Source of the DNA: Octopus bimaculoides
Lineage: Eukaryota
Direction of reading: 5' to 3'
Assembly: GCF_001194135.2 (NCBI RefSeq)
Contig: NC_068990.1
Span: 12,836,850-12,899,654, forward strand
DNA: 62,805 bases
Below are positions 1 through 12,420 of the stretch, piece after piece. Position 1 is the first letter of the stretch; each line of letters opens with the position of its first letter. The notes below the pieces were generated by a model. The model saw nothing but the letters and a program-made list of their open reading frames with translations, was not told the DNA's origin and did not search any database. Made by a program: the position numbers and the translations under genes.

Positions 1-193
1 GTGGTGAGAGGGATAACTCCCTTGGCAAACAGGACACAGTCGTGTGTCGATAAGCCAGCTGGAGGAGATGTCCTCCTGGGGCTAAAAGCAACAGTAACAT
101 CCACCCCTAGGGGTCAGCCACACTTAAGTGGCAATATACTACACTTTATCGTGCAGTTACTGTTAATACTTCATTTAGAGAATTAACATTGCT

Positions 194-226
<33 letters not shown>

Positions 227-632
227 ATATGTGTGTGTGTGGTGGTGGTGGTGGTGGGGGAATTGTGTTTGTCCCTATCACCACTTGACAATCAATATTG
301 GTGTGTTTATGTCCCTGTAACTTAACGGTTCAGCAAAAGACACCAATAGAATAAAGTACTAGGCTTGAAAGTAAGTCCTGGTGTCAGTTTGTTCAACTAA
401 ATAAACTTTTCAAGGTGCTGCTCCAGCATGGCCGCAGTCAAATGAGTGAAACAAGTAAAAGAGTAACTCACTCATTACAAATAGAATCTGTAAGTAGCAG
501 AGTAAAAATATGCAAGACTTTTCTCAAGTTTAAAATTTGACTTTGCTTTTGTGATGTACATTCAAACGATGGAGCTTTGGTATCTTTGTTAAAAACCAAC
601 TTCTTCCTCAGGTGAAGAATTCAAATAATTAA

Positions 633-826
633 CCCTTTTGTTACAGTATTTATTTTGAGATACTCTGTGTTTCTTTCAATTATTTTAAATATTACAAAGA
701 CTTTAGTAAAATAACTTAGTTATCATTAAGATAGAGTTATGTACATAAATTGTAACCAAGGTTTAATTCAAAACTTAGAAAACAATAGAGCCAGAGGCAG
801 TTTCAGCCAGGTTGGTATTGAAAGGG
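633..826. mobile_element. piggyBac-type MITE; related copies at 5899-6121 (inverted) and 41559-41735 (truncated)
   Basis: TTAA at 629-632 and 827-830, CCCTTT...AAAGGG termini with imperfect 12-bp TIRs, and a shared internal sequence (tttagtaaaataacttagttatcattaag). Confidence 0.8.
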
Positions 827-2333
827 TTAAAAACAGTAGTGACCATACATACATGCATACATATATATATACAAACATACATACATGCATGATGCATGGT
901 GTATGCATATGACTAGCATCTGTGTAGTCGCTATGTAATAAATTCCACCCAGTCTTGGTCAAACCAGCACTGTAACAGAAGTCACTCATTTAAGTTCTCA
1001 TGCAGAAGAATCACTCCTGGAATCATATGGTTTGCCAAAATAAACTTCTTAACCACACTGCCATGTATTTGAGTAAAAGCTATCAAAAGAAAAAGAATTG
1101 CTTCATTGCTCAAATATCTTGAAGTCCTTATTGCTATCATTAATAAAGTAAGAAGAAAAAAAAACGACAAACAAAAACTTTCTATTTCTATATACTAGCC
1201 AGAGGGGGTGAATTAATAGCTTCATTTTTGGAAAAGCGATAAATCAATTTATAATTCAAGATGTTTTATTGTTTTGTAAACATAATTTTAAACCAAAAAT
1301 CAGTGTTGTGAATCAGAAGTTTGCCTTCTTTATAAGTTAGACTGCTTATACTGCTTATATATTGATTACTGAATATATTATAGGTTAAAGTAAATCTCAT
1401 GCAATGAAAGAAAAATCAAGACTATGATGTTATTTTTTTCTTCCCTCTTGTTTAAAATGGTTTCCATATAAAAGAGTTAATTTGTAGATTTAAGAATTGT
1501 ATCTTACATCGTTTATTTCTATACCACTGATTTATTTTACACTGTGTTTGTATTGAGACAATGCCATGGCTACTGTTCCAAAAGAGCGTGCCCTTGTGCA
1601 TCACCTATCAGACAGATACATAATCGTCAGACTTAACGCACTCTTTAATATAACATATCAATATATTGAGAAGCTAGTTTTACTATAAGACAAATTATTT
1701 TTTGTTTTTCTGGTCTTTTTACTGTTTTACATCTAGTTTTTACACACTGCAATATCCAGACATCGATATTCAAGCTGCAAGTAATTGTCTGACAATTCAA
1801 TTCTACCTATGTACTCTAACAGACATATGACCAACTAATTCATAGGTTAACTTTTTCCTGTAACGTTTTATGTTTTGTGTAACTATTGGTGCCATTCATT
1901 CTGTGTTTACCAAATTATAAATTCAACATTATTTAGATCATGATTTTCAGACTATGAAACTCATCTCTTGAGGTGAAATTTTTTTGGATATTTGTAAATT
2001 TTTAAATGCTAAAAGAAAAATTATAATTATCCCTAATTATGATCTTAGTACCAACAATTAGATTTTTAATAAGCATTATTGTTGCTATATTGGTTACCAT
2101 GTTAACATTGTCTGCTTGCTTATAGCTACATGGTTGTAAGTGCAGGTATCAGCATGTGATAATAAAGTTTCCTTCCCAACCATAAAGTTTCAGGTTCAGT
2201 CCCACTGCATGACACCTTGAGTGTCTTCTAATATAGCCCTCAGGCTGACCAACACCTTGTAAGTGAATGGGAGAGATGGAAACTGGAAGAAGCTCAGTAT
2301 ATATATATACTTATCTGTCTGTCAGTTTGTCTG

Positions 2334-2404
<71 letters not shown>

Positions 2405-3046
2405 CGTGAATATTGTCGCGCCTCCTTCCTTTAAACGGGAAAGAAGAGCTATTTTCATCGTACTTGTGGCTATGGCGAAAGAATGTGTATGGTGGATGTG
2501 TCTGAAAGGTCTAGAGACAAAGACTTTCCTCTCTGGGCAATCTCTCATCAACTTCTTCAAGTATCACCTGATGAGGAAGGTGAGAGTAGAAAGGGAAGTC
2601 TTGTCTAGTGAATGCTTCAAAAAAAGATGGGTGAATGTAGCAAGGATGGCACGTGTGAACGACGGAGCCATCTTGAGCATAACCCTATGAACAAGAAAAA
2701 AAAATAAAACAAAAAGGCAAAAGAGAGTCACTTACTGTTATAGTTTCTTCAATGAGAATATTGACCAAGGTTACCGTGGTCTTTTCCGTAGGCTTTTCTT
2801 TCCACGGCCAAACCTAAACTGTCCTCCCCTCCTTTTACACGAGAACATTACTGTGTGATACACGATCCCTATTGATCTCCCCCTCCCCTTTTTTTCCGAT
2901 CCCTTTTGATCGAACTCCCCCCTTTTCCTTCCTACGATCCCTTTTGATCGACACCCCTCTTTTTTTCCCCTTCCCCTCCCAAAAAGAAAAGCTCTACATT
3001 GTATTTGTCCCATCTTCGTTGAGCCCTGTGTGGCTAATAAAAGAAA
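2405..3046 (+). mobile_element. 5'-truncated non-LTR retrotransposon 3' end (L1/Tx1-like ORF2 C-terminus plus 3' UTR) inside a (TATC)n tract
   Basis: Open frame 2406-2690 (AIFIVLVAMAKECVWW...FFKYHLMRKVRVERE...KRWVNVARMARVND) resembles Tx1-clade ORF2 C-termini. Pyrimidine-rich 3' UTR, AATAAA at 3036-3041 and a short A-rich tail. (TATC)n lies on both sides. Confidence 0.6.
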
Positions 3047-3635
3047 TGTATCTATCTATCTGTGCCTTCCCTCTATCTTTCTATTTATCTGTCTATATCT
3101 ATCTATATATTTATCTCTCTGTCTGTCTGTCTCTGTGTATGCATGTATGTGAGAACATGCATGTGTGTGCAAGTCTGTTTGCTTACACTTGCACTTTACA
3201 AAAGTCATGACATACGAGCCATATTATTGTTGGCAGTTCTCTTGTCAAAGCCATCATTTTCTCATTTCACTTTCAAAACCATGTGGATAGGAGATCCCTA
3301 ACATGAAAAAACAAGTAAGGTTCAGTGACAGGAAGGGCATCTAGTTGTAAGTTATAAAATATTGCTTCAGTAACATATTGGCCTAACCAATTCAAATTAA
3401 CGTAAAACAAAACAAGACACACACAAATAAACATGTATATATACACAACACGACACAATGAAGTAGAGAAATTTGAAAAGACAACACGAAACCGGTTATT
3501 TCTCAAAATACAATGTTTATATACCCAAAAAATTTTATAACATTTTTATAACATTTTTCTAACATTTTTCTAACATAATTTAAATATATACTTTAACCAA
3601 GTAACACAAGCCTTCTGTAGTTTTTTCACTCTTAT

Positions 3636-3679
<44 letters not shown>

Positions 3680-4554
3680 NNNNNNNNNNNNNNNNNNNNN
3701 NNNNNNNNNNNNNNNNNNNNNNNNNNNNNNNNNNNNNNNNNNNNNNNNNNNNNNNNNNNNNNNNNNNNNNNNNNNNNNNNNNNNNNNNNNNNNNNNNNNN
3801 NNNNNNNNNNNNNNNNNNNNNNNNNNNNNNNNNNNNNNNNNNNNNNNNNNNNNNNNNNNNNNNNNNNNNNNNNNNNNNNNNNNNNNNNNNNNNNNNNNNN
3901 NNNNNNNNNNNNNNNNNNNNNNNNNNNNNNNNNNNNNNNNNNNNNNNNNNNNNNNNNNNNNNNNNNNNNNNNNNNNNNNNNNNNNNNNNNNNNNNNNNNN
4001 NNNNNNNNNNNNNNNNNNNNNNNNNNNNNNNNNNNNNNNNNNNNNNNNNNNNNNNNNNNNNNNNNNNNNNNNNNNNNNNNNNNNNNNNNNNNNNNNNNNN
4101 NNNNNNNNNNNNNNNNNNNNNNNNNNNNNNNNNNNNNNNNNNNNNNNNNNNNNNNNNNNNNNNNNNNNNNNNNNNNNNNNNNNNNNNNNNNNNNNNNNNN
4201 NNNNNNNNNNNNNNNNNNNNNNNNNNNNNNNNNNNNNNNNNNNNNNNNNNNNNNNNNNNNNNNNNNNNNNNNNNNNNNNNNNNNNNNNNNNNNNNNNNNN
4301 NNNNNNNNNNNNNNNNNNNNNNNNNNNNNNNNNNNNNNNNNNNNNNNNNNNNNNNNNNNNNNNNNNNNNNNNNNNNNNNNNNNNNNNNNNNNNNNNNNNN
4401 NNNNNNNNNNNNNNNNNNNNNNNNNNNNNNNNNNNNNNNNNNNNNNNNNNNNNNNNNNNNNNNNNNNNNNNNNNNNNNNNNNNNNNNNNNNNNNNNNNNN
4501 NNNNNNNNNNNNNNNNNNNNNNNNNNNNNNNNNNNNNNNNNNNNNNNNNNNNNN
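3680..4554. other. Assembly gap. Others: 5132-5513, 21240-21424, 32381-32893, 40206-40380, 43294-43303, 45281-45790, 46260-46269, 46955-47685, 48502-48714
   Basis: N runs, mostly flanked by (TA)n or (TG)n, as expected where a short-read assembly collapses at microsatellites. Confidence 0.99.
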
Positions 4555-4916
4555 TATATATATATACATATATATATGTATATATGTATATGTATATATA
4601 TGCTTGTTCATATGTGTGAATGTATGTGCAATGGAAATGGAGTCATTTGTGGACTCATACCCTGTTCCATATCTTATCCCCACAATGAACTCCCGCTCAC
4701 CCACCTCTTGGCTTTCCTTCATCACAAAACATACATTACTCGCTACACCTCTCAATCACAATAATCACTTCCCCACCTACTTCCTGTCTGACTAAATAAT
4801 GCTAAGTTGTGTGTGTGTGTGCATGCATACATGTGTGTGTGTGTGCATATAGATATCTGCATGTGCCTACACACACACATATATAGATACATATACACAC
4901 ATACACATGTTTATGC

Positions 4917-4949
<33 letters not shown>

Positions 4950-6789
4950 TACACCACACACATATACACACATATACACACACACACACAAATATATACA
5001 TATATATGTTCCTGAATATATATGTGTGTGTTTCTGTATATTCTGTATATGTGTATATCCTCATCATCCTTTATATATACATATATACATACATGCTCAT
5101 CATTTTATATGCATATATATATATATATATANNNNNNNNNNNNNNNNNNNNNNNNNNNNNNNNNNNNNNNNNNNNNNNNNNNNNNNNNNNNNNNNNNNNN
5201 NNNNNNNNNNNNNNNNNNNNNNNNNNNNNNNNNNNNNNNNNNNNNNNNNNNNNNNNNNNNNNNNNNNNNNNNNNNNNNNNNNNNNNNNNNNNNNNNNNNN
5301 NNNNNNNNNNNNNNNNNNNNNNNNNNNNNNNNNNNNNNNNNNNNNNNNNNNNNNNNNNNNNNNNNNNNNNNNNNNNNNNNNNNNNNNNNNNNNNNNNNNN
5401 NNNNNNNNNNNNNNNNNNNNNNNNNNNNNNNNNNNNNNNNNNNNNNNNNNNNNNNNNNNNNNNNNNNNNNNNNNNNNNNNNNNNNNNNNNNNNNNNNNNN
5501 NNNNNNNNNNNNNATATTTCCTCATCATCCTTTATATACATATATATATGTATAAAATATAGATACACACACATACTTGCACATATTCATATATACTCAT
5601 ACACATGCATATATACATACATTAACATACAAACCCCACCTGCACCTCACACACTCAAAAATTTCCAAATTTTCCATTTATTAATTTATTTATTATTAAG
5701 CTAAGATTACTCAAAGGATATATTTCTATGCATTTAAGCTCTTCATTCAATGTTCTGGAGGCAAAATATAGCTGTTGCTATTAGTGTGACCTGCTGCATT
5801 CTTGGTACATCTGAATCAACTTTAGTGCATTTATGATAAATAATTTAACGAACTCTCAGTACAAGAAAATACCGATAACTGATTTTTAGAATAACAAAGT
5901 CTTTCAATACCAACCTGGCTGAAACCGCTTCTTTCTCTGTAGTACAAATGTCTTGTTTACATAAGTTTTGAATTAAAAATCTTCCACCAAACCTTAGTCA
6001 CAATTTATGTTCCTAACACTAACTTAATGATAATTAAGTTATTTTACTAAATTCTTTGTTATATTTCAAATTAACTGAAAGAAACACAGAGCATCTCAGC
6101 AGAAATATGGTAACAAAAGGGTTACATGGTTTAGTCAAAGAAGTACAACATCCATAATTTTTCATAAGAATTCTAAGATTAATAGGGAAAAGCAAAACCT
6201 GGAACCCTGAGTCCAGAGGCTTGCAATAATTTAAACTGTAAAGGTACCTGAGAGGCAGTGAGTGTGATAGAATGAGTCTCTTATTCATAGCTTATGCATA
6301 TTTAACCTCACGAGCCACATTTTTATCACGGTTGCAATCACAGCCTAAACATGAACAGTAGATAGAGAAAATGTTGAAGGTGAAAACGCAGATATCGAAG
6401 TAGATATCAATGCCACAGCCCTAGGGACTACCAGGAAATATGTGCTTTAGTCACATGTATTATCTTTTACTTGGTTCAGTCATTGGATGGCAGCAGCCAT
6501 GCTGTGGCACCAACTTGGTGTCTTAGTCCAACAAATTGATCCTAGTAAATATTTTTTGAAGTCTGGTACTTATTCTGTCAATCTTTCTTGCCAAGCTGTT
6601 AAATAATGGGGGTACGTAAACAAACTAACACTGGTAGCCAGGTGGTGACAGGGGACAAACACAAAGTTGCACCCTTACATGTACACACACACATGCACGC
6701 ACACGCACACACACAAGCAAACTTAGATTTGTTTTTATTAAAAGCGCTCAAATGTGTATTGTGCCATACAAACAAGAAACCCTTGTAAG

Positions 6790-6943
6790 GGTAAGTTATC
6801 TGTTATTTCTTAGCAACCACATGGTTCCAGGTTCAGTCCCACTGCATGGCACCTTGGGCAAGTGTCTTCTACTATAGCCTTGGGCTGACTAAAGTCTTGT
6901 GAGTGGAATTGGTATACAGAAACTGAAAGAAGCCCATTGTACT

Positions 6944-6981
<38 letters not shown>

Positions 6982-7188
6982 TGTGTCTGTGTTTGTCCCC
7001 CCCACCATCGCTTGACAACCGATGCTGGTGTGTTTACGTCACTGTAACTTAGCAGTTCAGCAAAAGCAACTGATAGAATAAGTACTAGGCTTACAAAAGA
7101 ATAAGTTCTAGAGTTGATTTGCTTGACTAAAGGTGGTGCTCCAGCATGGCTGCAGTCAAATAACTTAAACAAGTAAAAGAGTAAAAGA
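6790..7188 (+). mobile_element. SINE family A, with an inverted 3'-half copy at about 6460-6665
   Basis: Family A blocks with a central (GT)n. An older minus-strand 3' half lies just upstream. Confidence 0.85.
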
Positions 7189-7551
7189 ATATCTATGCAA
7201 AAATAAGTTATTTTATTATGAGTGTGTGATTGCTGGATTACTTACTAAAACATCAAGGATTCAAGCTATGCTATGTCACATGCATCTTCCTAATAATTGC
7301 TAGGAGAAACGCTGCATACTTTTAATAATCCGTAATGATGTTGCTTTGAAAAATCAAGAAAAATCAAAATAAATAAGTAAATAAATAGATAATGAAATTA
7401 GTTTTGCATTGTTTTTAATCAATGAAATCAATAAAACGGTGAATCTTGAACTGTAGTGAAATGGATTTGCTGTTAAATGTTTTGATTATTTTAGTCAGTT
7501 GGTCATTAAAACATAATTTGAAAAGCAAAAATACAGGATAGGCAATAAGAT

Positions 7552-7602
<51 letters not shown>

Positions 7603-7702
7603 TTGGAATCGTTTCACATGATTGAAAATAGTGTGAAGAAGCATCTGGACCATACAGCTGTTTGATGTTTTTAGTAATAATTCACCAATCATTTATTCAT
7701 TA

Positions 7703-7772
<70 letters not shown>

Positions 7773-8253
7773 GTAATAATCCAGCAGACTGTAAATTTCT
7801 GCATTAGAAATGTAAAGCGCCTCCAGTTCCTCTTCCTCTTCTTCCTCCTCTTCGTCCTCCTTGGAACAGTAAACTTTATTTTTCCAGTCGATTGATAGTA
7901 AAGAGCCAAACAAAACTTTTTATTTTGTCTTAGTTTTTTTTTGTTTTTTTTTAGCTGTATCTAAATTCTGCTTAATTATTATTTCGGAACAATGTTTTAT
8001 GGCAGTAAAACATGGGTGGCAAATATAAAAAGAACTTTTAGATATTGGAAAAGATTATGTTTATGTACCATCATTTGATTGTGTTGTTATTTCATGCTAA
8101 GTCAGAAAAGAACCAGATGTTAAATATTATTTGGGAGCACTTGAAGTGTATTGTGTTATTACAAATATAAAACATGAATGGAAAATAAAGATGTCATGAT
8201 TTAGGTCAACTCTGGGGAATTGGTTGGAGAGATTAATTCAATCACATTGTTAA

Positions 8254-8485
8254 CCTTTTTGCTATCATACTTACATTGACATATATAGTCTTTGTTCTGG
8301 TTAATTCTAGATATAATGAAGAATTTATTAAAATAACTTTGTCCATTATCAACCTGGTGTTTGTTATATAAATTAACATGGATTTTTAATTGAAGGTTTT
8401 TATTTGTTTTATTTGAATCCCTTTAATGCAGAATGTTTGATCAAAAGCACCAGAGATGGACTCGGGTTGGTTGCTATCAAAAGGG
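8254..8485. mobile_element. Degenerate piggyBac-type MITE, third family
   Basis: Left end TTAA-CCTTTTTGCTATC, right end GCTATCAAAAGGG-CTA; the right TSD is decayed. Confidence 0.5.
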
Positions 8486-9848
8486 CTACAGTGTATTTTA
8501 AATATTAGCAAGAGATTTCATGAAGAAGAATGATGGTATTGAGTTTTTTGTGTGGTATGAATATGTTTATTGTAATACAGATAGATATTAATATTTTTCC
8601 ATGATTTTAAGTTTCTACCTAATTTGTCAGATAGATGTGATTCAAATAATCACTTTTAAAACAGGAATTTTGTATTATAGAACTAAAGTGGTTTCAGGTG
8701 AATTGGTCTCAAAAGAGTTAAATATTAACTTTCAAGAATAAAGTGAAACTAAGAAATTCTGTATTGAAGATGAATAGTTTTGAACAAACATATATAAAAT
8801 CAAAACTGAGATGCTGAAAGATCAGTTTGTAAAGCTAAAGAATATTAATATAGATTTCGAAGAACAAGAAACAAATATTTCATTATTGTTAACCTTGATG
8901 GTTTTGTTTAAATCCAGGTCAACCTTAATCAGGCAATTCTATGATCGTAGGAATTATCACATATTTTTGCTCATCCATTAATATATTATCAAGTGTAGTC
9001 TACATTTTTTAGAATTTTGTATAGTGAAATATGTGAGAGATTTGGTAGTTATGTCTAGTACGTTGAGCAACCATGTAGAGGTTCCTTCATTAGCTTGAGT
9101 CTTCCTTCTATATGATATATGATGGGTTTTCATCGAGGCAATCAGATGAAAACATGGAGTAATTGGAGTGAGTATATCTAGGGATTAGTTAAAGGGAAAA
9201 AAGAACAGGTAAACAATTGTTAGTCAGATTTACCTCTCTGAAAACCACATAGAAGATAGATGACAAAATATATATTATGTTGATGAAGCTATGAATATTT
9301 AATGACCATATAGATGTCTTATTTGCAAGAAAACCATTGGTGTTCCATTGATTCTTAAACTATATCAGTAAAAGTGCAAGAATGCTTTGCTTGTAATGAA
9401 TTATTATTGTAAGTAATCTTTGAAGCCAATCTTGTATTTTGTTACAAATTTCCTTTCCTTGTTCTCCTTATGGATGAACAATTCATAGGGACATGCCACC
9501 ACAATAGACATTAATTTAAGATGAGAAATTTGTTTTATATTGAATCTATAGTTTCCTTTTATGGTGTCATTCGTTTTTTTTTGTCTCAATGTTGCTCAAA
9601 TGTTGATTAAGCAATCATCTTAAGTTCTTCTGACATGAAGAAAATAACTATTATTTCTCTCATTAATGCTCTTTCAGTTCTTGTTCTTGTTACCATTGGT
9701 TGATTTTCAATGAAGATACACATATGAATATAAATGAATGTAAATAATATTTACAAATGTGACCACTTATTTGATAATAAAATTTTTTTAGAAAATTACT
9801 ATTTGTATATCTCACAACGAGAGATATTCAGCAACAATACATTGGAGT

Positions 9849-9998
9849 AAAGATTATTTGCCAACATAACATGGTAGTCCTGGTTAGGACGAATGTTGCT
9901 GTAATTTAGACCCTGAAGACGATGTCTCCTGTGGCTAAATTACAGCATTCATCCTAAACGAGGACTGCCATGTTATGTTGGCAAATAATCTTTTCTCC
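9849..9998. repeat. About 60-bp-arm inverted repeat with a 25-nt loop
   Basis: aaagattatttgccaacataacatggtagtcctggttaggacgaatgttgctgtaatttag (9849-9909) pairs with 9935-9993. Confidence 0.95.
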
Positions 9999-10098
9999 CA
10001 AAAATGTATGTTTTATGTAAAATAAAAGAAATATTTTGTTTGCTCTTTTATGTTGCAAATTTTCAAATTTTCAAATTTTATTTTCGTTCTATTTTCAG

Positions 10099-10282
10099 AA
10101 TGTGACGTTCGAGTTGTAAGTTCAAAGGAATCAAATGGTACTATATCCTCTCCAGGTTACCATAGCAACTTTCCAGCCAATGTGACCTGCCATTATTATA
10201 TTGATGGTTTGATGGATAAACAAAACTTAGAAAAGGCTCGCATTAAATTTATGGACTTTGACATTCCTGGTTCTATGCCATA
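10099..10282 (+). CDS. sol-1: Internal coding exon of a SOL-1-like multi-CUB-domain protein; N-terminal half of a CUB domain
   Basis: Acceptor ttttcag at 10092-10098 and donor GTAAGT at 10283 (the ORF-track stop TAG is really TA|GT). 184 nt, phase 1 to phase 2. Encodes (E)CDVRVVSSKESNGTISSPGYHSNFPANVTCHYYIDGLMDKQNLEKARIKFMDFDIPGSMP. It has the CUB pattern C..G.I.SP.Y...P.N..C.Y plus a DKQNLEK insert that I recall from invertebrate SOL-1 CUB3. Confidence 0.9.
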
Positions 10283-10774
10283 GTAAGTATAAATCTTTGT
10301 AGCTTCAGGCATTGGTGCATGAGCCTTTGACATTCATCATGCCATTTGTACAAAATATATTTCAATTAATCTATCTGCCTAGCTTTGTGCTCTGTTTTTA
10401 GTATCAGCAGCCTAACAAAAAGTTTGCAACCCTCAGATATGATTTAAAATAATGATTAATTGGTTAAAATTCATTTCTTATCTACAGTTTCTAATAATAT
10501 AAAATACTGTGTGCATGCATGAGTTTCTTTCTCCTTTTCTGTTTCCCAGTGAAACAGGAAAATAAATCAAAACCATGCCTTTTGCTAATTTTTAACAATT
10601 GTTTTCAGTGAACTTAAATTAAGCAATGCAAGTATAAAAATTAAGTAAAAATAAATATTTAAAAAATTTATTTTTGTGGTAAGTAGAAATTAATAATCCA
10701 GATGTAGAAAAATATTGAGGAAAAATAAAAGATATATATCCATTAGATACACGGTAGCTAAAAGTTTATAGTCT

Positions 10775-11075
10775 CTTCATATCTGCAGCTAATAACCCTT
10801 GATAAAATTATGAACATCACACCTTCTGATTGCTGTTTCTTGTAAATTAATGGTTTTGTACGTTTAAATATGAAATTTACATTTGCTTGGAGCCAAAAAC
10901 AAAATATAGTTTCAAAGAAGATTATAGCTGTATATAATTATAGTTACTTCATTTCTGCAGCTAATAACCCTTGTAAAAATCACGAACATACCAGCTGATT
11001 TGTCTCTTTTGTAAATTAGGGGTCTTGTGTGTTTAAATTACAAGAAAAACAATCATTATTTGTATAGAGCTAAAA
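10775..11075 (+). repeat. Diverged direct tandem duplication, period 172 bp
   Basis: cttcat.tctgcagctaataacccttg at 10775 and 10947; similarity continues through ttgtaaatta and gtttaaat. Confidence 0.8.
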
Positions 11076-11243
11076 AAATTTTTTAAATGATCGACTAACA
11101 GAAATATTTGATTTAAACTCATAAGATGGAAACAAATAATGAAAATTAAAAAAATGAAAACTTTAAACTGAGATAAATTTATGTTTTGGGATCATAAATC
11201 CTATAAGTATTAGCTTTTGTCTTTTGATCATTTTTTTATTTGT

Positions 11244-11282
<39 letters not shown>

Positions 11283-12003
11283 TCAAGCTCAAATCGTAGC
11301 CAGCTGGTGTTTAAAATGCAAATCAAACAATTTAAAATCAATGGATTAAATAGCTTTATAGTCTTCTGTGAGATCATTATTGACATTTATAAGTTCTTAT
11401 ATCAATATATATTTGACTGATAAAATTTGGAACTAAACATTATTCTAGTGGAATCTACTGTCTAAATCTTAGCTGCAATATCATCAATGGAAAATCATTA
11501 TAAAAGGTGAAAACAATAAGTTAACTGTAACAATATGTTAATCTCAATCAGCAACTTTGCTGTCAGTCAAAATTGATTTCATCTGTTATCTTGTTTCCAG
11601 CTGCTTTTAAGATCGTATAAACTGAACTAGATAAGAATTATAAAACAGTTTATGGTTTGAATAATGATTTCTCATAGTCAGATAAAAGTTAATCCGTTCA
11701 CAAACCTTAATAATCCATATGGCTGGTGCATAATTTCAGTTTCAACAATGATGTTGGTATTGTTGTTGTTTAGCTCTAAATCAGTCAAGACCAAGCAAAC
11801 TCATGATCGAAGGCATTCAAGCCATAAACCTCATATGTTATTTTAAGAAATAATTTTCCCCAGTCCTGGACTATATAACCAACGTATTCTTTTCTAAGAT
11901 GGTTAGGTATAGTTTCAGGACAGTTTAACTGCTATTTCTATCATTCCAACCTGTGTTCTCATTCCTAAGGTATTTTTCGATGTTGTTGTGGTTGCTGTTG
12001 TTG

Positions 12004-12061
<58 letters not shown>

Positions 12062-12175
12062 CATTCAGGTCACTGCCTGGAATTGAACTTGGAATCTTGG
12101 GATAAGTAGCCTGCACTCTTAACCACTATGTCATATGCCCGTGTGCGTGTTTTTGGTCTGTGTTTGTTCCCCATC

Positions 12176-12240
12176 ATGGCATAGTGGTTAAGAGCACAGA
12201 CTACTAACCCCAAGATTCTGAGTTCGATTCCAGGCAGTGA

Positions 12241-12291
<51 letters not shown>

Positions 12292-12420
12292 CAACTACAT
12301 TGAAAAATACCTTAGGAATAAGAACCCAGGTTCAAAATTTCCCCAAGACACCTGATGAAGGCTTGTGTTAACAACAAACAAGATGAGGACAAATATCCAT
12401 CAAATGTAAATAATGTAAAT
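12176..12420 (+). mobile_element. tRNA-headed element with internal (AAT)n and a Penelope-like 3' module; inverted partner at 11948-12134
   Basis: A box tggcatagtgg and B box gagttcgattcc, then (AAT)n, gaaaaataccttaggaat.agaac, CCTGATGAAGGC at 12351-12362 and tail aacaagatgaggacaaatatcc.tcaaatgtaaataat. Confidence 0.7.

Noticed and set aside
3538-3576. 11-bp tandem repeat TAACATTTTT(A/C), 3.5 copies, and other regularly spaced repeats as a CRISPR-like array
   Set aside because: No unique spacers, eukaryotic context and no cas genes; it is a simple minisatellite.
6360-6460. Acidic reading frame VDRENVEGENADIEVDINATA as an upstream exon
   Set aside because: Stops in all frames just upstream, no clear splice sites and no CUB similarity.
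12176-12245. tRNA-like sequences here and at 42690-42748, 51320-51385 and the SINE A heads
   Set aside because: No complete cloverleaf or acceptor stem, and each continues into a repeat body. They are SINE heads, not tRNA genes.
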